From a bacterium (GTDB lineage: Bacteria; CLD3; SB21), in NCBI GenBank assembly GCA_013360215.1, contig JABWCP010000003.1, forward strand, positions 124,001-188,000: a stretch of DNA of 64,000 nt, read 5' to 3'. The translations under genes were made by a program, and so were the position numbers. The notes under the pieces are model-generated. The model saw only the letters and a list, made by a program, of their open reading frames with translations, searched no databases and was not told the DNA's origin. How positions within the stretch are numbered: position 1 is the first letter of the stretch; each line of letters begins with the position of its first letter. Of this stretch, positions 27,176 through 35,981 are shown piece after piece.

Positions 27176-27944
27176 ATCAGAATCCGGGGGCTTAAAATTG
27201 ACACGTAGTCACCAGAATTGCCTGACGGAAGAAATGATCGTCAACTATCTGTTTCGCTCCATATCGGACGAAGAACGGCATCGCATCGAAGAACATATTA
27301 CCGACTGCGATCTGTGCTATGACGCCGTAAGCGGTGCGCGCCGATTGGGCTCCGAAATGGAATTGACGAAGCAGACCATGATACTGCGATCGGATATAGA
27401 AGCACGTTATGGCCGGACCCATAGATCCAATAAACCCGCTAAGTTCAAATATTATGCCGCGGCGGCTTTACTATTGATTTCATCCAGCAGCATCGGTTAT
27501 TGGCTCACACGCCATTCCCACGAAACGATTGCCGACGCGTTTATCACACCATACTCCAATACCATACCTTTGACCCGTGGCGCCGACGCGCAAAGTTTAC
27601 TGGAAGAGGCCATGGCCGCTTATGAAGCAGAAACGTACGACGCCAGCGCTCAGAAACTTGAGGATTTCCTCAAAACCAATCCGGATCACAGCGTGGCCCA
27701 CTTTTATTGCGGCATAAGCCTGCTCTTGGAAGGTCAATTTGAAGAATCCGACTTGCACTTTCAAAAATCGGAGAAATCGGAAGACCGGCGCATCGCAGAA
27801 GCAGCGCGTTGGTACCGGGCTTTGGCCTATGTGAAAATGGAAAAAACAGATGAGGCAATGAACCTGCTAAAAGAAGTCGCCCAACGTAACGGATTTTACG
27901 CTCCGTCGGCGGCTTCCCTCATGGAACGCCTCCAAAAAGAATGA
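27153..27944 (+). CDS. Anti-sigma factor: zf-HC2, TM, periplasmic TPR
   Basis: IEEHITDCDLC, TM YYAAAALLLISSSSIGYWL, PLTRG, TPR AHFYCGISLL and ARWYRALAYVK. Confidence 0.9.
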   Translation: MSKISKTESESGGLKLTRSHQNCLTEEMIVNYLFRSISDEERHRIEEHITDCDLCYDAVSGARRLGSEMELTKQTMILRSDIEARYGRTHRSNKPAKFKYYAAAALLLISSSSIGYWLTRHSHETIADAFITPYSNTIPLTRGADAQSLLEEAMAAYEAETYDASAQKLEDFLKTNPDHSVAHFYCGISLLLEGQFEESDLHFQKSEKSEDRRIAEAARWYRALAYVKMEKTDEAMNLLKEVAQRNGFYAPSAASLMERLQKE

Positions 27945-28726
27945 GAATTTTAAGAGTATATATTCTCGCATCCGCCGTTTTATTGGGAACCCTCTTTGCT
28001 CAGGAGGAAGCTGAAGAAAACCTCCGGGATACACTGAGGTTACGCGATCTGCCATGGGCGGAAAAAGAATTACAAAGCATTGCTTCCGTCGTAAAAAGTG
28101 AACTCTACCTGCGCGGCGATGCGACCGAGGCCGCTTTCAAAAAAAATGCCGGACGCTTTGGCATTATCCATCTCGCCCAACACGTAATCCTTGATGATAA
28201 AGAACCTCTCTATTCCAAATTTATCTTTTCTGATTCCCCCGGATCGGGGGAAGACGGGTATCTCCACCTTTACGAATTATACAATCTTCGGCTACGCGCC
28301 AATATGGTCGTACTGAGTGCATGCCAAACAGGCATCGGAAAAAATATCAAAGGCGAAGGTATGATGAGCCTCGCGCGAGGTTTTACCTACAGCGGCTGCC
28401 CCAGTGTCGTGATGAGCTTATGGTCTATTGATGATAAAGCGACTTCCGTAATCATCACTGATTTTTATCGTAAGCTCGCGCAAGGCAAACCCAAAGATGT
28501 CGCCCTGCGCGATGCTAAACTAAATATGATCCAAAGCGGTGACCCCGTTTTATCCAATCCTTATTATTGGTCCGGGCTGGTCGTCATAGGAAGTACGGAA
28601 TCACTAGAAATTCCTCCTCCCGAAAATTTTATATCGTACCGGATTTACGCCACCGCGGTGATCGTTTCGATCCTTGTGCTTTTGATTCTCATCGGTATAA
28701 AAAGAATGAAATCCGTTTCGCATTAA
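27941..28726 (+). CDS. C-terminal (catalytic) half of a CHAT caspase-like protease, with its own signal peptide and C-terminal TM
   Basis: LPWAEKEL, ATEAAFK, IIHLAQH (His), EDGYL, VVLSACQTG (Cys), GEGMMSLARGF, SLWSIDD, PYYWSG. Confidence 0.92.
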   Translation: MRILRVYILASAVLLGTLFAQEEAEENLRDTLRLRDLPWAEKELQSIASVVKSELYLRGDATEAAFKKNAGRFGIIHLAQHVILDDKEPLYSKFIFSDSPGSGEDGYLHLYELYNLRLRANMVVLSACQTGIGKNIKGEGMMSLARGFTYSGCPSVVMSLWSIDDKATSVIITDFYRKLAQGKPKDVALRDAKLNMIQSGDPVLSNPYYWSGLVVIGSTESLEIPPPENFISYRIYATAVIVSILVLLILIGIKRMKSVSH

Positions 28727-28938
28727 TTTCCGCCACCGCCGCCGGGAAGCGGATCGATCGGCGTATCTTGCGGTAAAATTTCATCGGTATCACCATCGTA
28801 TGTTTTTTTGTCGCCGGTCGTTGATTCCGAATTCTTTCCTGTACTGCTGCTGACCACTCCTTCAGGCCCACCGCAAGCCGATACAGCCAACGTTAATAAA
28901 ATAACGTACAGCACGATTGCCAATTTAGTTTTTTTCAT
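28723..28938 (-). CDS. Small lipoprotein (71 aa) with low-complexity mature part
   Basis: RBS TAAGGAG; lipobox AVSA-C; ends DTPIDPLPGGGGGN; shares TTAA stops with the convergent CHAT-C gene. Confidence 0.8.
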   Translation of the reverse strand: MKKTKLAIVLYVILLTLAVSACGGPEGVVSSSTGKNSESTTGDKKTYDGDTDEILPQDTPIDPLPGGGGGN

Positions 28939-28980
28939 GACTCTCTCCTTAGGGGTTATTAGTTATGTACCAAATATAAC

Positions 28981-29014
28981 CAATAAGACAATCATTCCTG
29001 AGAAAGTGCATAAA
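28981..29014 (-). promoter_or_regulatory. Putative ECF promoter of the small lipoprotein gene
   Basis: TTTATGCACTTT-N13-GTCTTATTG, 42 nt upstream of the ATG. Confidence 0.6.
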
Positions 29015-29056
29015 CTTTTACGGGCGGGGCAATCTCGGGCAAGCAAAAAAAACGTG

Positions 29057-31516
29057 TCACTTGAACGTGGTGGACGTGAAGCCGGCTAAATCATTGAGTC
29101 CATCTCTTGAGACCGAAGACGGCTGGAATAATAATGAAGCGGAATACGCATAACTAATGTGGTATTTTTTGATGAGATAGTTGAGTGTAGCATAGTCTTC
29201 TTGATTATCGGGTAACCGAGGCAGTAACGCTTCAAACGGAATACCCGAGAGAATACCGTCCGGCACGACAATCAGTTTTACGGCGCTTGTTTTTTCGAAT
29301 GGTTTAAATACAACATTATACAAATAATGCGCTGAAGTCGAATACAATGCCATGTTCATCGTTTGAATCCCCGTAGTCAACGCATGCACGACTCCAATCA
29401 GCGATGAATCAACCGGCGCCGCGGCCCATGCGCATCCCGATCGGGTTACGCAAAACGCATACAGATGCCGATTCCCTATAAAGTACTCCAATAAGACCGT
29501 CGAGTCCGGTATCAATTTTTGAACGGCTTCAAGTGGCATGATAAGCGGTTTATATTTGAGAGAATATAATTGCGGAAAAGTTTGCTCCACATGCTTGAGA
29601 TAGGCTTCATATTCCGAGGTCAATTGGAATAACTGGTCCTGAATATATCTGAATTTGGGGCTGCCATAACCGCCCGAGTTTTGTTCAGAAAAAAGTTTTT
29701 TATTATACACACCGATCCGGTTGCGTAATTGTTCTTCGTATTCCAGCAATGAATCGGGAATGCCGACAAATCGTTTGGCGTGCTGACGACTCACAACTTC
29801 GGACAAGACAGCCGCTTTGCTTGTTTCAGAATAAATAAAGGCCTCGTTGAGGTATTTTTTTTCAGAAGTTATCTTATAAAGATCCGTTGCTGTTTGAATG
29901 GCTTTTTCGAAAAGCCCTATAGAACGCTGACCTATTAAGATTTTAGAATCCTCGGATACATATTCCCGCCGCGTTCGATCTAGCCACTCTACGGCCATGG
30001 CATACGACGCAAACGACGCCTTGAGGTGTTGAAGGTTCTGCGTTTTATACTCATAATACTCCTGCAAAATATCGCCTTTCAATTCTAACGCTAACATGAG
30101 TTTGACCGCATCGCGCGTTCGGTACATAAATCCCGATGCCGAATCGGCGATCAAAAGCGCGTCGATCGCTTTTTGAATGTTTCTCAAAGCCGCAGGATAG
30201 TCTTTTACAATCCGGTGCGCACCGGCCATATTGGAATAACAAAGGGAAACTTCTAAATGTTTGCTCCCATAATATTCTAAATTAATAGACAATGCCTGTT
30301 CGTAATAGGTCAGACTTTTTTTGACATCACCCATTTTCAAATACGTCATACCGATATGACTATATTCATGCGCTCTGCGAAAACCTTTGGCACCGGGTCT
30401 GTTATTCCAAATAGTAAGCGCGTTATTAAAGTAAAAAAGCGCGCTATCATACATGTTTTTTTCCAGAAATAATTCGCCGATTTCGTCGGACACTCTCGCG
30501 ATCACCGGATGCTTCAGCCCGTAATTTTTTTTCCAATTATTTAAAGCATAACGATAGTAGGACAATGCCGTATCCATTTGACCGACTTCTTTGAAGGCAA
30601 AACCTAAATTATAGTAATTGTTCCCAACCGTCGGGTGCCCCAGGCCATATTTCCTTTCGTTGACCGATAACGCCTGATTGTACAATTTGAACGCCTGGTT
30701 CATCTCACCTTTTCGCAAATAGGCGGTTCCCATCAACGTATAATTTTCCGATAACGTGACATGGTCGCTTCCAAAAAGCGTTTTTCTTATTTGCAATGAT
30801 CGGTTTATATGCTCCAACGCTTTTTCGTGATTTCCCTGCGCTTGGTAAACGCTGGCCATATTATTATTTAATACGGCGACGGGGCTGCTGTTTTCCCCGA
30901 TGGTTCTCATAAAAACGCCGAGCGCCTGATCATAATATTGCAACGCCAACGTAAAATAACCGCTGTTATAGTTGACAAGCCCCAGGTTATTGTAACTCCA
31001 TCCGATATCAATATGATCGCCGGGAAGTGTTTTTTTTCGTATCCATAAGGCTTTGTTGAAATTGTTTTTGGCTTTTTCGTCATCGCCTTGATCCATGTAC
31101 CACAGACCCATTTTATTGATTGCCATCGCCGTTGATACATCGGTTTCCCCCAAATACCGAATACTCCGATCTATGTTGGCCGTGAGAATGGAGAAAGCCG
31201 TATCGTATCGGCCAAGGCGGCGAAAGTTATCGCCGATGTAATTCATACCATCAATATAAAATCGCCACACGCTGTCGCGTTGATAGATACCGGTCGCACG
31301 CTCAAAAAAAATCAGGGAACTATCGTACCTGCTTTTTTCTGTCAAAGAAACGCCCTCTTCGAACCACAATCTTGCTTGTGTGGTATCCGATAATAAGGGT
31401 TCCTTTGATCGTAAAAAATTTTGCTCTCGCCGCATATCAACATAAAAATAACCCGCCAAAACGGCTACGCCTGCTGCCAATACCAAAAGAAGTTTACGCG
31501 AAATGGTAATTTTCAT
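29057..31516 (-). CDS. Membrane-anchored TPR protein ending in the N-terminal half of a CHAT domain
   Basis: N-terminal anchor; many kinesin-light-chain-type TPRs (HIDIGWSYNNLG); then EAFIYSETSKA, LLEYFIG, LIVVPDGILSGIPFEAL, YLIKKYHISYAYSASLL; stops before the catalytic His/Cys. Confidence 0.92.
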   Translation of the reverse strand: MKITISRKLLLVLAAGVAVLAGYFYVDMRREQNFLRSKEPLLSDTTQARLWFEEGVSLTEKSRYDSSLIFFERATGIYQRDSVWRFYIDGMNYIGDNFRRLGRYDTAFSILTANIDRSIRYLGETDVSTAMAINKMGLWYMDQGDDEKAKNNFNKALWIRKKTLPGDHIDIGWSYNNLGLVNYNSGYFTLALQYYDQALGVFMRTIGENSSPVAVLNNNMASVYQAQGNHEKALEHINRSLQIRKTLFGSDHVTLSENYTLMGTAYLRKGEMNQAFKLYNQALSVNERKYGLGHPTVGNNYYNLGFAFKEVGQMDTALSYYRYALNNWKKNYGLKHPVIARVSDEIGELFLEKNMYDSALFYFNNALTIWNNRPGAKGFRRAHEYSHIGMTYLKMGDVKKSLTYYEQALSINLEYYGSKHLEVSLCYSNMAGAHRIVKDYPAALRNIQKAIDALLIADSASGFMYRTRDAVKLMLALELKGDILQEYYEYKTQNLQHLKASFASYAMAVEWLDRTRREYVSEDSKILIGQRSIGLFEKAIQTATDLYKITSEKKYLNEAFIYSETSKAAVLSEVVSRQHAKRFVGIPDSLLEYEEQLRNRIGVYNKKLFSEQNSGGYGSPKFRYIQDQLFQLTSEYEAYLKHVEQTFPQLYSLKYKPLIMPLEAVQKLIPDSTVLLEYFIGNRHLYAFCVTRSGCAWAAAPVDSSLIGVVHALTTGIQTMNMALYSTSAHYLYNVVFKPFEKTSAVKLIVVPDGILSGIPFEALLPRLPDNQEDYATLNYLIKKYHISYAYSASLLFQPSSVSRDGLNDLAGFTSTTFK

Positions 31517-31678
31517 ATATCCGATGGATTGGATAAAATAGCGGTTAAACCTGTGGAAAAAATATAGGTGTGATTCTATATATAGAAAACGGGTTAAGCA
31601 ATATTTCTTTTCGTATGAAAAGAACCGTTTGAATGCTTTTAGGGCCTCCGCAGCGATTATACAGATAGTATTTACAGT

Positions 31679-34600
31679 TTACACTGTCGTTTCTCTTTTA
31701 AACCAGCGACCGACGGTTTTGGTAATGCCCTCTACCCAAGAATACGTCGTCGGAACGATCACGAGCGTAAGAAAAGTAGAAACCGTCAGACCGAAAATGA
31801 CCGCCACACCGAGCGGACGCCAGAAATCGCTGCTCTCCGCGCCGATGATGAAATGCCATTCGCGCCAATCAAAATCAATACCTGTTGCCAAAGGTAAAAT
31901 ACCGAGTATCGTTGTGGCCGCCGTGAGCAAAACAGGTCGGAGCCGTGTTCGACCGGCTTCGGCAAGTGCCTCGTCCAGCGTCATACCGCTGCCGCGTAAA
32001 TGTTTGGTAAAATCCAGCAGCACAATGGCGTTTTTTACCACGATACCGGCAAGCGAAATCACACCGATCCCCGTCATGATCACGCCGAACGGCGTCCCGG
32101 TCAGTAACAAACCAAGAAACACACCGATCAATGAAAGCGGCACCGATACCATGATCACCATCGGAACCTTCACGCTGTTAAACTCGGACACAAGCACCAA
32201 AAAAATCAGAAGAATCGTTATCACCAGCGTTTTTGCTAAAAACGCCATCGCTTTATCCATTTCTTTATTTTCACCGGTGTATTCGATCCGATACCCGTTG
32301 GGCAATTTAAATGTTTTCAATTTTTCACGCACGTCATGAAGCACATCATTAGCTAAGCGATTTTGTACATCGCCGGAAATCGTGATCACCCGTCGCAGAT
32401 CTTTGCGGCGTACGTTGGATAAACCGTTGCTGTGCACGACTGTAGCGATCGAAGCCAGCGGCACGGACATGAGCACGCCGCGGTTATTCATAAACGTGAT
32501 ATTGAGATTTTCAATTTCCGAGGGCGACTGGCGCTGATCTTCACGCAAACGAACGGTGATTTTGTATTCGTCCTCGCCGACACGAAATTTGGAGGCCTCC
32601 GTACCGTTGATCGCTGTACGCACGGCCATCGCGATTTGCCCGGTGCTCATCTCCAGCAACGCCGCCTTTTCACGATCAACGATCACCTGGATCTCCGGTT
32701 TACCGGCGTCATAATCATCTTTCAAATCCACCAGCCCGGGAATGGAACGAATTTCAGACTGTATTTTTTCAGATAACTGCGCCAGCATACGAAAATCATC
32801 ACCGGATAAATCAATGCTCACCGGCGCACCCACCGGCGGTCCGTTTTCCTGACCTTTCACTTTGATCTCCGCGCCGGCGATTCCTTTGGCATGCTCACGC
32901 ATGGACTCCATCGTCTCAAACGTGTTTTTTTCACGTTTCATTTTTTCATAAAAATTAATGGAAATCTGCGATTTATTGGGCGTGCCCTGTCCTCCAAAAT
33001 CAAACGGATCTTCTGACGTACCGACATTGGCAACCACAAACTCCATATCCTTCACACCTTCGACATGCTTCAATCGCTCTTCGACCATCGCTGTCACCGC
33101 ATTGGTCATTTCCAAGGGCGTGCCCGACGGCATAGCAATATTGACTGAGACCTGATTGGGTTGCGTTTCGGGAAAAAATTCGACGCCTTTGTTAAACATC
33201 ACAAATAGAAACGTCATTGCAAACAGCAATACCCCGGACAGCACTACGGTCATGGTTTTATGGCGCAGTGTCAGTTTCAGTGTCTTAACATATTTTTCCT
33301 GCGCTCTCGGAAAAAAATGCGTATCCACATAGTGGTAGAGACGACTAAAAGGATTGTAGTGCGTCCACCAATGCTTTTGCTGCATCGAAGACTTGAGCGC
33401 GGTCATTTCTTTATGATAATCTATGAACTGCGCACCCTGCGTCGGGCTGATGACATACGCGGTGAAAATGGAAGCCCCCATCATGATGATGAGCGTCAAA
33501 GGCAGATAATACATAAAGTCACCGATTACACCCGGCCAAAAAAGCATCGGAAGAAAACCGGAGATCGTCGTAAACGTCGAAGTAGCCAGGGGAATCGACA
33601 CTTCCCGGGTCGCATCCTTGGCGGCCTGAATCGGATTTTTACCGTATTCATGCTGATGACGATATATATTTTCGATGACGACGATGGCATCATCCACCAG
33701 AATACCCAAGACCAACACCAGTGCAAACAAAACAACAAAATTGAGCGTCACGCCCATAAAGCTGAGAATAACAAATCCGATGAGCATCGAAATCGGTATT
33801 GACGTGCTGATCAGAAATGAATTTTTCATCCCAAAAAACATGAAGAGCACCAGCACGACCAGCACCATCCCCGTCACTACGGAGTTTTCTAATTCCTTCA
33901 CGGAACGTTTGATATCTATCGAAGCATCATTGGTGATACGTACATGCAGGCCGGGCGGGAAATTGGCTTTTTCATCGGACAATATCGTTTTCACTTCATC
34001 GGCTATCTGGATAAGATTTTCACCTGCGCGTTTTTTGACGCTTAACGTAAGCACAGGTGATCCGTTCAGACGACTATAGGTTGATCGGTCTTCAAACAAA
34101 TATTCGACAGTAGCCACATCGCGCACATAGATCGGGGAACCGTGCCTCATTTTTATAATCAGATCTTCGATCGGTTTGGGCGCAGCAAATTCGCCCGGAA
34201 TGCGCACGCTGTACTCCGTCGTTCCGTTATTGATCGCCCCGCCGGGCGTCGTAAGATTTTCACTGCGAATGGCATTGATCACATCGTCAAAACTAACACT
34301 GTACCCCCTGAGGCGATTGATATCGCAGTTGACTTGCACCTCCGGTTCCAGACTGCCCGTAATGTCCGAACTCAGCACTCCCGGCACCGCTTCGATTTTG
34401 TCTTGCAAATCCTCGGCGATTCGCTTCATACGCGCCAATCCGAGATCGCCGCCGAGCGTGACAAACATGATCGGAAATTCGCTGAAATTGATTTCGCTGA
34501 TGATCGGTTCCAGAATATCCGACGGCAGCTTGGGTTTGGTCTGATTGACTTTGTCGCGCACACGACGCAAGGCTTCGTCTATGTCTATCCCGGTTTCAAA

Positions 34601-34882
34601 TTCGACACGTATCGTTGACAGCCCTTCTTTGGAAGACGACGTGATTTCTTTGACGTCCTTCAGCGATTTGAGTTCTTTCTCCATCGGCTGGGTGACGAGT
34701 CCTTCCATATCCGCCGGGCTTACGCCGACGTAAGGAACGGAAACGATCACAAGAGGAATGGATATATCCGGTGCGGCTTCCCGCGGAAGACTGCTGTATG
34801 ACATCGTACCCAGAATCACGATGATCATCATAAGGATATACACCGTGACTTTATTATCGACTGCAAAATCCCAAATTCTCAT
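31679..34882 (-). CDS. RND efflux permease (AcrB/AcrD/AcrF family)
   Basis: 1067 aa; GILVDDAIVVIEN, GIVVKNAIVL, RLRPVLLTA. Confidence 0.96.
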   Translation of the reverse strand: MRIWDFAVDNKVTVYILMMIIVILGTMSYSSLPREAAPDISIPLVIVSVPYVGVSPADMEGLVTQPMEKELKSLKDVKEITSSSKEGLSTIRVEFETGIDIDEALRRVRDKVNQTKPKLPSDILEPIISEINFSEFPIMFVTLGGDLGLARMKRIAEDLQDKIEAVPGVLSSDITGSLEPEVQVNCDINRLRGYSVSFDDVINAIRSENLTTPGGAINNGTTEYSVRIPGEFAAPKPIEDLIIKMRHGSPIYVRDVATVEYLFEDRSTYSRLNGSPVLTLSVKKRAGENLIQIADEVKTILSDEKANFPPGLHVRITNDASIDIKRSVKELENSVVTGMVLVVLVLFMFFGMKNSFLISTSIPISMLIGFVILSFMGVTLNFVVLFALVLVLGILVDDAIVVIENIYRHQHEYGKNPIQAAKDATREVSIPLATSTFTTISGFLPMLFWPGVIGDFMYYLPLTLIIMMGASIFTAYVISPTQGAQFIDYHKEMTALKSSMQQKHWWTHYNPFSRLYHYVDTHFFPRAQEKYVKTLKLTLRHKTMTVVLSGVLLFAMTFLFVMFNKGVEFFPETQPNQVSVNIAMPSGTPLEMTNAVTAMVEERLKHVEGVKDMEFVVANVGTSEDPFDFGGQGTPNKSQISINFYEKMKREKNTFETMESMREHAKGIAGAEIKVKGQENGPPVGAPVSIDLSGDDFRMLAQLSEKIQSEIRSIPGLVDLKDDYDAGKPEIQVIVDREKAALLEMSTGQIAMAVRTAINGTEASKFRVGEDEYKITVRLREDQRQSPSEIENLNITFMNNRGVLMSVPLASIATVVHSNGLSNVRRKDLRRVITISGDVQNRLANDVLHDVREKLKTFKLPNGYRIEYTGENKEMDKAMAFLAKTLVITILLIFLVLVSEFNSVKVPMVIMVSVPLSLIGVFLGLLLTGTPFGVIMTGIGVISLAGIVVKNAIVLLDFTKHLRGSGMTLDEALAEAGRTRLRPVLLTAATTILGILPLATGIDFDWREWHFIIGAESSDFWRPLGVAVIFGLTVSTFLTLVIVPTTYSWVEGITKTVGRWFKRETTV

Positions 34883-34909
34883 GGGAAAATTCCTTGAAGC
34901 TAAGTTTCG

Positions 34910-35959
34910 TTATGGCTGAATGCGCACGGCCTGTTGCGGTGTCAGATTTTGATAGCCGACCGTAATCACTTCATCACCTTCCTGCAAACCGGAGAGGATA
35001 TGAACAAAATCGCGGCTCATACCGCCGATTCGCACCGCACGCTCTTCGGCAATACCGTCTTTGTGGACATACACGACGAGCCGGCCGGCATCCACCTGTT
35101 GTACGAAGTCACGCTGAATGAGAATGGCCTTTTCGATCGCGGCCAATTTCATCGCTATGGAAGCGATCATCTGCGGTTTGAGTTTTCCGCCGGGATTCGT
35201 GAGAAAAAGTTCGACCGGAATCGTCCGGTTATCCGGATTGACGGCCGCGCCGACAAATCCGATTTTGCCGCGAAACGTTTCCCCCAGAAACGCATCCACC
35301 GTAAATTCCACGACGAGATTGGGTTGTACGTCACGCGCATACCGCTCAGGTACACCGACCATGACTTTGAGATTGGTCATGTCAATGATCTGGGCAATCG
35401 GCATGCCCGGCGCCGCCATTTCTCCCGCATCGGCAAATTGTTCATTGAGCACACCATTAACCGGGCTGGTAACGGTAGTTTTGTCGAGACGTTGTTTTGC
35501 CAGATCAGCTTGTGCTTTGGCCGCGTCGCGCTGAAATTCGAGGTTCTTAAGTTGCAGTTCAGATATCGCTTGCTCTGCAAACGCGCTTTTCTGTTTTTGA
35601 TAATTGACCTCGGCCATCTGGTAAGCCGCTTGCGCTGCATCGTAGGCGGAACGGTAAGCGGCATCGTCAATCTGTGCGATCGCCTGCCCGCGCTGAACCG
35701 TAGCGCCCTTGGTGGCAAGCCACCGCAGGATACGTCCGCCTTCTTCCGCCGGTACGATAATATTATCTACGGATTCTACAGTTCCCGTAAGGCGAATCGT
35801 CTCGGCAAAGGGTTTGGCGATAATTTTTTCTGTCTTTATATAGACGATCGCTTCCGGTTCTTTTTTTGTGTCGCCCGGACCGGCATTGGATGAACCGCAG
35901 CCCGTCACCCATAGGTAACCCGGTAAAAGCAGAAGGTTTAATCTTTGATGTATCTTCAT
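34910..35959 (-). CDS. RND periplasmic adaptor (MFP) lipoprotein
   Basis: Lipobox VTGC; VTSPVNG; SGLQEGDEVITVG. Confidence 0.93.
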   Translation of the reverse strand: MKIHQRLNLLLLPGYLWVTGCGSSNAGPGDTKKEPEAIVYIKTEKIIAKPFAETIRLTGTVESVDNIIVPAEEGGRILRWLATKGATVQRGQAIAQIDDAAYRSAYDAAQAAYQMAEVNYQKQKSAFAEQAISELQLKNLEFQRDAAKAQADLAKQRLDKTTVTSPVNGVLNEQFADAGEMAAPGMPIAQIIDMTNLKVMVGVPERYARDVQPNLVVEFTVDAFLGETFRGKIGFVGAAVNPDNRTIPVELFLTNPGGKLKPQMIASIAMKLAAIEKAILIQRDFVQQVDAGRLVVYVHKDGIAEERAVRIGGMSRDFVHILSGLQEGDEVITVGYQNLTPQQAVRIQP

Positions 35960-35981
35960 AACAGCTCCGTCGCTGGTAAAA

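Noticed and set aside
27990-29080. Invertible segment (phase variation) that would rejoin the CHAT halves
   Set aside because: Flipping this segment would bring the halves together, but I found no inverted repeats at the junctions beyond about 6 bp (TTTGCT) and no recombinase in the window. A historical inversion remains possible; active switching is unsupported.
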